From positions 33,592,388-33,656,387 of the forward strand of contig NC_092670.1 in the NCBI RefSeq assembly GCF_964355755.1: DNA of 64,000 nt. Reading direction: 5' to 3'. This stretch comes from Antedon mediterranea (taxonomy: Eukaryota > Animalia > Echinodermata). How positions within the stretch are numbered: the stretch's first letter is position 1; each line of letters begins with the position of its first letter. Both the position numbers and the translations under genes were made by a program. Below are positions 12,623-25,985 of the stretch, in pieces. Below the pieces are notes generated by a model that saw only the letters and a list, made by a program, of their open reading frames with translations, did not search any database and had not been told where the DNA came from.

Positions 12623-15600
12623 ATGCCTCGTCTAACTGTATTGGTGTTGGTTCTCTATTTGGCGTGCGCTTTGCACAACTCTGAGGCTGTTAAGTTTGTA
12701 ACTTAATTATATTAAGTTTACCTAGTGGACCGACTAACATTTAGTTAGCAACTTACGGTACTGTGAGTTAAAATCATCAGCTCCTAACCTACAGATTTAG
12801 ATTTATTAACCGACAACATACTGCCAACGTTAAATGTGATGATTAAATGTGACCTAGTGAATAAGAGGCAGCAGCCTCTAACCAGTTATTAGCTGCCGAT
12901 AATCTAGTCAGTCATACTATATCGGCTCACTGCTGGGCAAAGACCTCTCTCAATTGGTGCCGGTTCAAATAATTCAACATTTAAAAAGTTTTCCCTGTCT
13001 TTCGCTAATCTGGGCCATGCTGTGGTACCGGTCTGTATAAACGTCTGTCTCATCCCCACTTCTCGAATGAGGTCTACCCCTCTTTCTTATCTCATAATGC
13101 GTGTCACTCAGTTGTCAAATGTGTCCATCTATCATCATCTTCTTCTTCCTAGGTGCCCTTCCCATCTCTATTTTGTACATTTTGGATTAGTTTGTTCTCT
13201 CTGACCCATTCGTTGGTCTACATGTCCCTCTTCGTATACCCAATCATCATCCTTCCCATGCTTCTTTGTGTAGTTTGAATTTGTCTTTCCATTTCCTCTG
13301 CTGTAATTGTTTATGATGTCGCATATTATAGATTTCTTCGATGCAGTCTTTTACATCCAATGCTTCAAATCTGTTCTTCAATTTCAATTCGAAAATGTTT
13401 TTCATTTCTTCTAAAACTTTAATTGTATTTGTCATAAGTTTCTTGCTTTCCCTCTCTATATCAAAAGATATTTTACATCTTACGAGTCTATGATCACTTC
13501 CGGTGGTGAAGCTGGTGATGACCGATGTATATGATAATAATACAATAATGTCGTCTGATGTTTATCACAGATTATATGGTCTATTTCGTTGTGTTGTGTT
13601 GTTCTTTTCGGCTGACCCATGTCCATTTGCGAAAGTTCTTTTTCGTGAAGAAGGTGTTAGTTACTTTCAATTTGTTTGCCTGTGCAAGCTCGACAAGGAG
13701 CTCTCCTCTGTTATTTCTTCCTTTATACCCGTTGCCCACTAAAACAAATTTGGTCTCTCCTTGCCTTTTCCAGAATTTTGTATTGAAATCTCCAATTTTA
13801 ATCGTAAGGTGAGTCTATTTATTTCTTCGTATATCTCCATTCCTTCTTCTTGTTGGTACATACGCTTGAATGATCTGAAGTCTGTATCTTTCTGTAATTT
13901 GGATAACAATTTGAGCCACTTCTACGTTGTATAAGTTCCTCATCCCTCCTTTTAAATTTGCTGAGTGCTAATGTCTAATTTGAGTCCTTCAAGCTCATTT
14001 TATACTTCTGTAAGTCTGTTTCGCCTACCAAGGATCTTGTATTATAGGTACATACATTTATTCTCTTCCGGCAACTCTTTATTCCCCAGAGATTCTTAGC
14101 ACCTCTGCTCTTTCACTTGATTTGAGGGTTCAAAGCTGCTGAGTTGTACTTTCATAGTTGAGAGGATTCAACCATAACTTGGTCGGGTGCGGGTTCGGCG
14201 TTGGCGTTTCACTGACTGTACTGGCTACTATGAGGTGTAACGCTATTAGCAGTCTTAAGCCCGTTTGACTCTTACAGAGTTGAAGGCGATAAACTAAGTT
14301 AACAATTGCAGCCCTAAGTTAGCAGTATATAGTTTTGGCTAAATCTTATTATATGTATAAATAATCTAGTAAAGAATATTTATTCTCGTCTTTTTTTGGA
14401 AGTGTTCCAAAGAAACATCAACCGGTCGAAAAAAGTATACCGGCAAAAAAAGGTAATTCGTTTTCTGTAATTTAATTTCCGTCGTATACTAATAATAATA
14501 ATAATTCAATTTCAATAATTTCAATTTCAATCAAAGCTATGGGTTGTTTGGTTTAATTTCTAATCACACTGTAGACTAATGAATTTTGTTGATATATGAT
14601 TTGTTAATTTGACTGAACCACAGGAACCGACTGAAAGTAGGTATTAGGATACATTATTTCTTGTTTTTTTGTTATTTAATGTAGTCACTCGGGTGTCTAT
14701 AGTTGGACTCCCATATTATATTTGTATGTTTATTGCGGACATTAAACAGGAATTAAAATATTATTATTATTTTTTTTATGAAGTTTCTTTTTTTCTAAGC
14801 CAAAAAAAAGTATTATTCCATACCACTACAGTTTCAACCTTTCATCGTCGGTCATCGTCAGATGAATGAGCTAGCCGAAAATAATCATACGAAGCCAAAT
14901 GAAATTATTTGAAAAATTAAAAAATTATTGTTATTAATATTTGTTAATTTCAGAGAGTGACCGGCAGGAACCGACCGAAAGTAGTATTTCAACAAGTATG
15001 TACCCGACATCTGAGAAAAAACTAAAATCTTTAATTTTGAATTTTCCATTTTCCCCTATTTTGTAATAAACTGTACGGAATTCGATGATGATGATACAAA
15101 AGTGCTAAATTTGTTATATTGATGTATTATTTATTTCAGTTAGTGAACGTGAAGAACAAGAGGGTAACAATATGTCAGCAATATACGGTACGGTAATTTC
15201 ACACAACCTATTATTAACATTTTAAAACAATATATTGTATTCTAATAATAGGTCTACCTTTGGAATAATCTTCCAACTATGGTTGGTAAACGCATCATTT
15301 TCAGGTTTATTACGCGGTTATGTGATTATAACATATAGATGAACACCTGTATGAATTATAAGTAAAATGATGGCTCAATCATATTTTAATTGAGGAAGGC
15401 AGGATGGTCTTCCTCTTTCCACATATCTTCAATCGTGTCAAGTTGACATTTTTTCAAGTACGATCTAATCTAAGACATATTTATTGGTTCTTAACACCCG
15501 GTCAAAATCCATTTAGTGCCTTCTTAAAGACAATTCAGAATAATTCATCCGTTATCTTATGGGAATGCATGTGCAAAAATTATATTACCTAAAAAAAAGA

Positions 15601-18136
15601 TACGTTGTTTAAAACGTATTTGTATTATTTGTATTTGTCCGGTTCTAGAAAGCATGAGAAATAAATCTATAACAATTATGCAGTGTAGGTCCACTATAGA
15701 ATTAATAAAGTCTAGAATAAACTTTTAACCATTCTGGAGTTATAGACTACTTCCCTTTAAATCCTGCGACGACAAGTTGTGAAGACAAGAAGACAAAGCA
15801 GATCGGTAAAGCTCTCCTCCATTTAAAATATTTCCGTGACATAAGTATCACATCCGTGATGATACTTTATCGTAACCATTGTAAGAATTAAAAATCATTT
15901 TGTAACACTTTGAAATAGGAAGACATTTTATGGTCTGTTTTCAGAATTTTTCATACCTCAATATTTATTTCAGGAAGTGTGTTGGAACAACTGACTGGAA
16001 AAAGTCTTTCTAAAAAAGGTAGATCCATTTTTACTCGTTTTCAGGTCATCAAAATCATTTGCTAAATTATTCCAATCCTTCCAAGCCCTTTTGCTGTGAA
16101 TGGTGTGCAACGCCCAATGTTTTATTCAGTTCACATTTATTTTACTCATCCTTTATAATATAGTTTATAGTATAAATTATGGCAAGGGTCCTGCATAGAG
16201 AAGTTTACACTTCTGTTTTCGCAGGACCCTTTTACATAAAAAACATAAAACAATAAACTTAAAATAGATATAAAATAAAAAAAACATTTCCTATATACAT
16301 TTAAGAGTTCTTCATCATCAAAAGCGATACCGGTAGTTTTTTCTAACATGATTATTTATACATTTATTTTCTTAAAAAGAAGATTTTCATTTTATTACTT
16401 CCAGTACATTATCACTTCCAGTGAATTCTTTCTTTATATATTATAGCAAAAGTATGAATACATATAATATAAAACAGGCTATGTGTATATACTCGTACAC
16501 ACCAACACAACGCATAATGTATGCATATATATTTTATGAATGAAGCATTTTAAGTTCTGTATTTCGATAAAATGTCTCTTTTTACATATTTATTTACTTA
16601 TAATAATATAAAATCTAGGCCGACAGATGTACATGTCACGTCGACTGGTGGACTAACATTACAAAAGACAATAAATACAGACTTGGGTTTAGTCTAATTC
16701 GGAGGGTGCAGTCGTGATTGCAAAGTATTTGCTAAGTTTATTACTTGCTTTGTATGTAGTGTCTTTGTTTGAAAACCCCTACAATTTCAAGTTATCGTCT
16801 TGACTGAAGCTATTATCTTCAATATGGGCCGAATTTTTAAATAGCACACCCACTTTCGTTCAGTTTCTGAGTCCTTAATTTTGATATCTAAACATGTTTA
16901 TGTTTATTTTTAGCTTCAAGTGATGTATTCCTGGGTGCAAATTACAAAATGGATATGAGTTTCTGTATTGGCTCTCACCAAAAGGCATTTACTGGAGATT
17001 TCAATGGTGATGGTGACGCTGATCTTCTGTTTCACGATACCACGACTGGCGCAAAGCGGATATATTACGCAACGTAATGTTGAGTTATAAATACTTATAA
17101 CTGATTGCTAAACGGTTACTTATAACTTAGTATGACTTATCCAAATTATTAAAAAAATCATAATAGTACAATATTGAGTTAAAACAGTACCACTATAAAA
17201 AAAACCAAGGAAACACTAAACATTGGTATTTTCGTGAATTAGTGTTGTTTTGCAATCCCTCGATGGAGTTGGAACCCACATATAGTAAGGGCAGCACAAC
17301 TATTTTGTTATGTTTTAATCATTCATAGGTATTCTGGCTCTTTTACCGGAGATCAGACATGGAAAAGGGAGATGAGTTGGTGTCATCACAGCGGAGCTCA
17401 ACTATATATAGGCGATTTCAACGGAGATGATCGATCTGACATGCTGTGCCATGATACAGCTGGTAAAATTTGGATTTCTTGGGCTCAACCTGGAGGCACA
17501 TTTATCGGTACACCTTGGTACTATTATATAAATTGGTGTAAATCCAGTAATGAACAACTCTTTGTTGCCGACTTCAACGGAGACGGACGAGATGATCTAT
17601 TATGTCATACCATCAGTAATGGCTACAAAACGATAACTTATGCAAAAGAAGGTGGCACCTTTTCGGCCAGTTTTTGGAAAATAAGTAAAAATTGGTGTGT
17701 AGGTTCAAGACAAATATTATTTACTGGAGATTTTAACGGAGACAGAAGAGCCGATATGCTCTGCCATGAAGATTCTGGTGGTACTATTTCGGTAGCATTA
17801 GCGTCAATGAGTGGCACATTCACTGGTTCATCATCATGGTGGAAAACTCTTAACTGGTGCAAGAAGACTAATTCCTATACAAAGTTAAGAGTCGGGGATT
17901 TCAATAAAGATAGACGTGACGATATAATGTGCACAGATTACTCTGGACCTTGGTGGATCTCCTACTCTGTTCAAGGTGGTTCGTTTAGCACGCACAACTG
18001 GTATCGTAAAGCGGGATGGTGTTCGTACAGCAATCAAGTGTTAATTGCTGACGTGAACGGAGATGGTGCAGATGATCTACTGTGTTATCATCCAAGCGAT
18101 GGCATCAAAGAAATAGCCTTGAATCGACAGCCATAA
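12623..18136 (+). CDS. Secreted FG-GAP/VCBS-like six-repeat beta-propeller protein, subtype A (A1)
   Basis: Signal-peptide exon 12623-12693 (MPRLTVLVLVLYLACALHNSEAV), mini-exons 14403-14452, 14954-14995, 15140-15187 (or -15163), possibly 15746-15805, 15974-16018, repeat-1 exon 16914-17073, last exon 17329-18136 with five more (W)C...GDFNGDxRxDxLCH repeats. The 3' exons are firm; the mini-exon set is less certain. Confidence 0.8.
12903..14160 (-). mobile_element. Decayed RTE-like LINE in intron 1 of A1
   Basis: Minus-strand remnants of AP endonuclease (IIQAY, GDFNTK, SDHRLV), 'LKLKNRFEAL', and an RTE-like 3' end (...CCCAGCAGTGAGCCG...). Confidence 0.7.
17329..18136 (+). CDS. A1 terminal exon: five FG-GAP-like repeats
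   Basis: ORF 17372-18136 extended to acceptor AG 17327-17328; motifs DFNGDDRSD, DFNGDGRDD, DFNGDRRAD, DFNKDRRDD, DVNGDGADD. Confidence 0.92.
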
Positions 18137-20846
18137 TGCGTATTCCCTTAACATTTTGCAACAATAATATTATTATTATTACCTTACATTCGTTAATTAT
18201 TTTGGAGATCTTAAATAATTATTGTGTATTATAGTCATGGTAGAAACAATTTCCATAAACAATCAGTGAGGGTATTACTGTTTTTTTTTTATCAAAATTG
18301 TATTTGTTAGTAGAAATAATATTGGCTCGAGGGAGCTTTATTATGTTATGTTATTATACAGGTAAAGGATTAGCAGAAATAATACTATTAACACATACAG
18401 TACCTACATAATATTTGTGTAAGTTATGTTATATTAATTATAACAATAATTTAAAAAAAAAATAATTATGCCTACGTTATATTATACTCAGAAAGCATAC
18501 AGTGTGAGCTAACATTATTCATTTCATTTTCAGTTTGTAAAACGTTACTATTATTAATGTACTTGCTGTAGGACAATCTCATATTGTATTATTATAATAG
18601 TACAATTGTTTGAAAAAATGTTGATTTAGAATGTTACTGAAAACAAAGATGATTGTGATGATAAGTAGGCATCGTTGATACAATATATACACCCTACAGC
18701 ACAATTACTCACTTTAAACATTGCATACATTTTATTATTAACATAATAAAAGGCCTAACATTAATTTCATGTTAATTGGTAAGGATAATAAATGCATTGC
18801 AAAACGAAATTTATGTTTTATGTCCATAATTACCGTGTGTATTCTGTTTCTGTTTTGATCAAGGCGGAAATTTAACAGATCGTAACTTGGACGGAAAATA
18901 CACGTTTCATTCGCCACGTTCTATTAAATTACCGTCTTCTTCGACAATATGGTAATAGCAAGGCTATCAAACAAGATCAGATTGCTTTGGAAAGAGGCAT
19001 CGAGTGGTATGGCTAGTTGGCAGTGGAATGACTGAGAACACGGGAAATGGCTACGTGACGAAATCCTAGCTGACAATAATAAATCGCCTTAAACAAGGTG
19101 TAGATGAATTCAATTATCTGCCATAATAAAATAATTATTATTATCAAATGATCTTATTAATATATTTATTGCAATCAAGAATCGTCATAATATTTCTTGA
19201 GCAGTATGGTGGTAAATTAGCATGAGGTTTCAGACGAAAAAAAAAAGGTTTTTGCAATGCTCTATCTTTTATCCGAGTCTAGACAACGGCTGTCCGCCCA
19301 TTATCCTTCTTTAATTCGATCATGCAGTTTTGAAGGGTTAAAAAAACTGTAACTGTTTGTATTTATTTCTTGATAATCCAACAAAAATGAATGAAACGTA
19401 CGTTTTTGTTTTGTTCAATTTATTGTTGGATGATATAAAAAAATGCTAATAAGAGATCCAAATGAACCTTTTCAATAGAACTGTTATGCTCTCCTAAAAA
19501 ATATAGAGATTTATACTGAATTAATACTGAAACTACTTAACATCTTATTACTATATTTCAAGAGATATCACAATCTAAAGTTTTTGTTGTTACAATTAGT
19601 GTTTTAAGAAAAAAGCTGGTGAAGTTAAAGTCCCATTGCCTGCCTATTTTAGATATAATTTAAGATCATAAACTACATTTAATGTAAAAATAAAAACTAT
19701 TGCCATAACTGTTTTCGTTTTTAAACTGTTAAAAATGTGCAAAATAGTCGACTCTAATAATTGAAGCGGCCCGAAATAAATCCCCACATGCATTGCTCGC
19801 GATTATTTTTTCCCCGTTTTTTTGTCCCTTGAAACAAGTATTTCTTTAAATTGTTTGGTTTAATATTTCATAATAATGTCCCATAATAGTTATTAACTTT
19901 GAAAAAAATATGTGGATGAAAAAAAAAATGAATTTGGTAAATGTGTTTTTGCTTGAATTTAACTGTTTATTTAGCTTTTTATAATTGAAAATAATTGCTT
20001 TAATTTATTTTCTATAGAAGTGATTATCTTTATTACAACTACAAAATGTTTTTTTTTTCATTTATCTTAATTTTTCTTGTTTATGGGGGACGTCCCATCG
20101 AACAAGATCGAACACATACAGCATAGTACCATATTGCGATTCAGATAGCACTGACATTCTATGCGAATAAGCAAGAGATAAACAAAAAACATATTGTAAA
20201 AATAATTCATTTCCATTTTTAAATGTTGAAGATAAGATATGAAGCTAATAAATCATGCTCATGAGTATACATGTGACTTTCAAATGACCCTAATTTTAAA
20301 TTTATGAAAAAGTCACTATTTTTTTTATCAATTACTTTCTGCCATGATTATCTTCTTACAATAATGCAAATTAGTCATCTATACACTTAATTAATGTGTG
20401 CTTTAAAATGATATAAAATATTTGTTTCTTTCATTTCATTTAATTTCAGTATTTTATTTCAGTATTTCTTCGGTCTATTTCCGTATATACATAACACTGA
20501 AATTGTGGAGACCAGGGTCAACCTAAGTGAACTTAATCACTGTAGCTGAGCCGGTTGACCCAACTCCAAAGTCAGTTTACACACAAAAGGCACAAAATAA
20601 AGGTAAAGCGAATCAAAATTAATGTTAACTTTTCTAATGAAGGCTGATGGGCTTTCTAGGACTGCAGCATATGTCAATGATCTGGGAAGCTGGTCTGTCA
20701 GAAGATTAAAAAATGTTATTTGACAATTCATCTCAATGTCAACTTTTGAACTTATTTTATCACACTCTTTCTGTATGTCTCCTTATCTTATCTTACCACC
20801 AGCCCCGAAATATGATAAGCTAAGTCCTTCCCCTCTGTTAAAAAAC

Positions 20847-20854
20847 TATAAATA
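20847..20854 (+). promoter_or_regulatory. Putative TATA box of gene B1, preceded by GATA-site cluster
   Basis: TATAAATA 63 bp upstream of ATG 20910; TTATCA, CTTATCTTATCT, TGATAAG within ~100 bp upstream. Confidence 0.5.
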
Positions 20855-20909
20855 CTCGAAATGATGAATATAATTCACTTTTAGTTACGGTATTGATTGA
20901 AAAGTAAAA

Positions 20910-23900
20910 ATGGCACGCTCAACCTTGCTCGTGGTGTGTCTCTGTCTGTCGTTTGTTCTTCTTACGTTTGGTAAGTTTTAAGCCTGTAGGCCTTATATTT
21001 TTTATAATTTTAACGTACGTAACCTAATCATAAATGGGTTCTGCCGTGGACACTCTAGTAATAAATCGCGTTAGGCACACAATATTTTTGCAAAAACTGT
21101 TGAAAGGGATTGTTATTAAGATTTTAGATTTGCTATTGACCATCAGTGTTTGGAGATGGCACATGGTTCGTTCCTATCGCTATTAAAATTGCAACCCGTT
21201 TCTTTACGATCTTTATCAACATATGCAAGTTTTGCAATAGCATAATCATCGGTTGCCTAAATTTAATCAAAGTAATCTAACAACAGGATGCTGAGCTCCA
21301 AAAATCAAAATATTACAAGTTCTTATATTGGCAAGACGAGCTCATCGTCCTTTTTTTAAATATTGTCTTGATAATATAATGAAGCAGGTTAGGACCGACG
21401 GTGCATGTTCAAACATGTTCAAATTAATTAATTAATTTGAAACGATAAGATGAGGAAATCTGTCCAAGATTCGAATCCGGAACCTTCTGCTTGATATGCA
21501 GATGTCCTAACCATTAGACTATTGGAGCTTTCATGGTATTGTTCAAACCCAATTAAATAGCAACTCTTTATTTAAACTCTCGACGTGGTACGGCGGAACA
21601 ACACTATTCCCTCAATTGTACGCACGTGCACCAGAGATCAAATTTATACGTCCTCATTTTTCAGTATTTTATTCACAAAGCGGATAAATAATTTTTACAG
21701 GCAAATAACATTCATTTTAAACCGCCCGGTGATATGCTGAAATTTAATTAATTAATTTGAAACGATAAGATAACAAATGGAAAAAAAAGTGTCAATATTA
21801 TTTAAACGAATTTTGTATTAAATATACTTACATTGTTAATGATAGAACACTATGCCATGTTAATAGGTTTACTTATTTTACTTGGTTCACTGATTATTTA
21901 TGAAAAAAAATGTAAAGAAGTATACAATAAAGGAAAAAGACAATTACTTTAAATACAATAATAGTACAGTAGTTGTGAACACTTTTTACTAATGAAAAAA
22001 TAAATGTGAATCAAACCTACGTAAGACAATAAAGAAATGGTATCTTTATTTAGATGCTATTTTTTATTTGCATCAACTTTGTATAATTTGTATAATATTA
22101 TTCACCTACATTGCAGCATCGAGGCCAAGACGCCGAAGTTCATCTGAAAGTGCAGAGGATAGGGGTGAGTCAATAAAAAATAATCTTCTAAAAAATATAT
22201 TATTCTCAAGAAAGTTATTTTTGGAAATTTTTGAGAAATTTAAATTCTTTGGAAATATTTTCTTCTGGGAAAAAAAAAATTTAATTATTTTAATGTTTCA
22301 TTTCTAGAAAGGTTAGACTTACATCATTTGAAAATCGCGTAAATAAATCAAAACTTATCTATTAAAAAAAATGGCAAAGAAAACTTAATTAATTATATGT
22401 TGGGAAAACTTGAATCCAATGTAAATGTTCTTATGTTGTTATATTGTATTGGACAAATTACTTTAAATTAACTGAATGTTCCATTTCTGTTAGGCTTACA
22501 TTATTTGAAAATCTTCTAATTCCTTGATTACGTCATTATTCTTAAAAGTTTTCCCGGGACACGAGATAAGCCTGTTCCACTGCTGCATAATATAACTCAT
22601 CTTCATTTCTACTTGTACATTATCATAATATTTTTGTCTGTATACATTAATTACAAATAATATTCACCTACATTACAGTACTGAGTCCGATAAGCCGAAG
22701 CACATCTGAAAGTGCAGAGGAAAGGGGTAAGTCAAAAAACACTAATCTCCTATTAAAAATATTATATATATATTCTTTGTTTTCCACTCTTATTCAGTCT
22801 CCACCCTGGCTCCCTTTGTTATATTTCTTTTATTCCTGTCCACCCAGGCAGCACTTGCCAGTTCTTATGCTATGACGTTATTCAAATTCCTTTACTTGCA
22901 CTGAACTGAACTGAACTGAACTTTTATTGTATCTCTTTTAAATCAGAGGCACAGTCTCAATGAGATGTGCAACAAGTTTACAGTGAAAAATAATACATAC
23001 ACACTTAAATATAAATACAAAACAAGAAATTAGACATGAGAACAAAATTACAAAAAAAAAATTTAAGAAAACTGAGACAGATTAAATACTAAGAAAATGA
23101 GTAAATTAAGTTTGAGAAGGAATTGTATTATATATATCATTTCGTGTGTTCCAAGCCATGGTCAGAAACATTTTGCAATGTTTGTCGAAAATAATACTTG
23201 CTGATTCGTATACATCATGGGTCAATTAATTTGGTGTAATTTTAAATTCATTATGGATTTCAAGATCATCGAAGAATAAGTGGTATTTAAGATCTAGAGA
23301 GCTAATAGTAAACAATTCCCAGAACATGGATAGATTATTGTTGTTTAGCTCATCTTTAAGGTTCATGATTATTGGTTGTCTAACGTACTCAAGTCGTTTG
23401 CATTCAAATACGAAATGATATACAGTTTCCTTTTCATTACAATTACACAATAAACATATACCTGCATTTTGAGGTGACCATGCTTCTTTTCTACCTTCAA
23501 GTGGTAGAGAATTGGAGCGAATTTTAAATGTTAGTTTTGAAGCATGGTAGTTACACTTATCTAATAAGTATTTTTCTAGTTTTCACTGATGAAGGGCTAG
23601 TGTTGCCCGAAAGCTCTTCTAACTGTTCAGGCTGTTTTACTTTATCGATTTAATTTAGCTTTTCACTTTATATTTTAAAAAAAATTTAAAATTGTATTAT
23701 ACTAAAATGCTCATTTTAGTATAATACTGAGCCAGCAATATGAAAAAACACAATTAATAAATAGATAAAGTGCACACAATAATAAAAGTAACCCGACTAT
23801 CTCCAGAAAATGTTAACGTTATTTTAAGTGCCTTCAATATTTATTTTATTGTTTCAAATTTGAGCCCCCTATGTTGAGGTTTAGTTGTTGAAGACGCTAT

Positions 23901-25985
23901 CTCTTAAATAAACTGAAGGTGTGATTATAGTTGGGGCGCCTAATTGGGTAAAATTTTGACTACTATAAATAGGTCCAAGATGGTCTAATTGGATATATTA
24001 TATTGGGTCAGACAAAATTACATAATTTTATATAGTACAGTATTTCACAATTAACACCATAATAAACAACATCTATTTATTATTGATTTTTTTCTCTCAC
24101 AGTAACTGTTGATGTATTTGTGGGTACGGCATGGGAACAACCTGTTGGAGTTTGTATAGGGCCTGATTACCAGATTTTTGCTGGGGATTTCAATGGAGAC
24201 GGTCGGCAAGAAGTGCTCTGCCATAATAGCAACACCGGCTCCAAAGAGATATATCTCACAAGGTAAAATTTTACTGACATTACTGACATTTTGAATTAAT
24301 ATAACAGTATAATAGGGAGGTTTCGCAACCTTACGAATACGATAACGAAAACGGATACGTCACACATTTGTGAAACTTTTGAGCTTATCCCCATTTCATA
24401 TTCGTAAAGCGTATTCATGTTGACAAATATCACCAGTCATATTCTAAACTACAAAACGAGTATAGTTTTTGATCTATTTTGCACATTTTGCATTTGAATC
24501 GGGAATGATTCATGATTATAATATAATTATATATTTATTGAAAGTAATTTACTAAAGTAATTTACTAAAATGCCAGGTCAATTTTGATAAATAGCAGTTT
24601 TTAAAGTCCTCACTCGCTTTATGTTACGCTAGGCCTGGGCAGCCAAGCACCAAGCAACACGTACTTTCGCTTCGCTCAAATTTACCACAGTCATATTTTG
24701 GACGGCGGCCTCAAAATTTCGTTGCCATGCGAAACAGATTTTTACTGGCTTACAAAAACGAATACGTGTGCGTGACGTATCCGTTTTCGGTATCGTATTC
24801 GTAAGATTGCGAAACCTCTCTAATGTCAATAAAAATGAGCGTATCCGGACAACTACCCCTTGAACAATTACCACCTTTAGGACATCTACCCGGACAATTA
24901 CCCACTAGGACAACTACCCTCTAGGACAACTACCCCTTAGTACAACTACCACCCGGATAATTACCCACTAGAACAACTACACCCTAGGACAACCACCCCC
25001 TTAGGACAACTACCACCCGCACAACTACCTCCTAGGACAACTACCCTCTATGATATCTATATAGCTAAGAAAATAGCTCTGTAATTTTATGATGTTATGT
25101 ATCATGAGTTAAAGCAATAAAATATACAGTATTGAACACAAAAACGATACACATTTTTTAACTGTTTTTATTTGAAGGCCCGATGGATCATTAGCGACTG
25201 AGAGTGTATGGAAAAAGGATATGGGATGGTGCAACCACGAGGGGGCTCAACTTTTTGTAGGTGATTTCAACGGTGATGGTCGATCAGATATTTTGTGTCA
25301 TGATACTAAAACCGGTAAAAAATGGGTTTCTTTAGCTCAACCTGGAGGTGTATTCTTAGGTACGACTTGGCAAAAAGAATTAAATTGGTGTAAAGATGAT
25401 ACTGCTGAGCTCTTTGTCGCTGACATCAACGCAGATGGCCGATATGATATGCTGTGTCACCGAGCCAAAGACGGCTACAAATGGGTATCGTATGCAAAAC
25501 AAGACGGCACCTTCCCGGGAACCAGTTGGGAAAAAGAAATGGGTTGGTGTAAAAGCAACGACTACCAGCTTTTCGTCGCAGATTTTAACGGAGACCGTAG
25601 AGCTGATCTTCTCTGCCATGGAAAAAGTGACGGTAAAAAGTGGGTGGCAGCAGCAACTCCGAGCGGAACATTTGTTGGGACAACATGGAAAGCAGATATG
25701 GGATGGTGCAACCACAACGGCGCTGAAATTTTGATTGGTGATTTCAATAAAGATAAACGTTCTGACATGATGTGCAGCGATACCACTGGTCAAAAATGGA
25801 TAGCCTACTCTGAAAAAGACGGTTCGTTTACTTCAACAAGTTGGCAGAAAGAAATGGGCTGGTGCACGTCTGATAATAAGTTAATAATTGCTGACGTGAA
25901 TGGAGATGGTGGGGATGACATGGTATGTCATTACCCATCAAACGGCAATAAGTATATTGCTTTTAATCAATTACCAACGCCATAG
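20910..25985 (+). CDS. Secreted FG-GAP/VCBS-like six-repeat beta-propeller protein, subtype B (B1)
   Basis: Exons 20910-20970 (MARSTLLVVCLCLSFVLLTF signal peptide), 22117-22164, 22679-22726, 24103-24262 (repeat 1), 25178-25985 (five repeats); all GT-AG and in frame. Confidence 0.88.
21421..21771 (-). repeat. tRNA-containing dispersed repeat (copy 2) with terminal direct repeat
   Basis: Homologous to 10128-10412; AATTAATTAATTTGAAACGATAAGAT present at both ends. Confidence 0.65.
22905..23583 (-). mobile_element. 5'-truncated LINE 3' end with (TTCAG)n tail
   Basis: Minus ORF with zinc-finger-like CLLCNCNEKETVYHFVFEC, AATAAA followed by (TTCAG)n; CACTGA TSD at 22899-22904 and 23584-23589; absent from paralogous site ~42426. 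Confidence 0.8.
23586..23616 (+). ncRNA. Penelope-type minimal hammerhead ribozyme core (B1 intron 3)
   Basis: CTGATGA-A-GGGC-TAGTGTT-GCCC-GAA-AGCT-C: conserved core, 4-bp stem II, palindromic stem III. Confidence 0.65.
24314..24821. mobile_element. PIF/Harbinger-like MITE
   Basis: ~50-bp TIRs (AGGGAGGTTTCGCAACCTTACGAATACGATAACGAAAACGGATACGTCAC), AAT TSD at 24311-24313 and 24822-24824; empty site with a single AAT at ~43273. Confidence 0.85.
24846..25050 (+). repeat. GGACAACTACC minisatellite array
   Basis: ~17-18-bp degenerate units; paralog at 43297-43490. Confidence 0.85.
25178..25985 (+). CDS. B1 terminal exon: five FG-GAP-like repeats
   Basis: ORF 25221-25985 extended to acceptor AG 25176-25177. 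Confidence 0.92.

Noticed and set aside
17372-18136. Bacterial contamination explaining VCBS-like ORFs
   Set aside because: ORFs are terminal exons of GT-AG spliced genes with signal-peptide exons, amid animal TEs.
25380-25793. Antisense/alternate-frame ORFs over FG-GAP exons (also 17638-17862, 43772-44226) and over TSP1 exon
   Set aside because: Shadow frames of real coding exons with no recognisable motifs.
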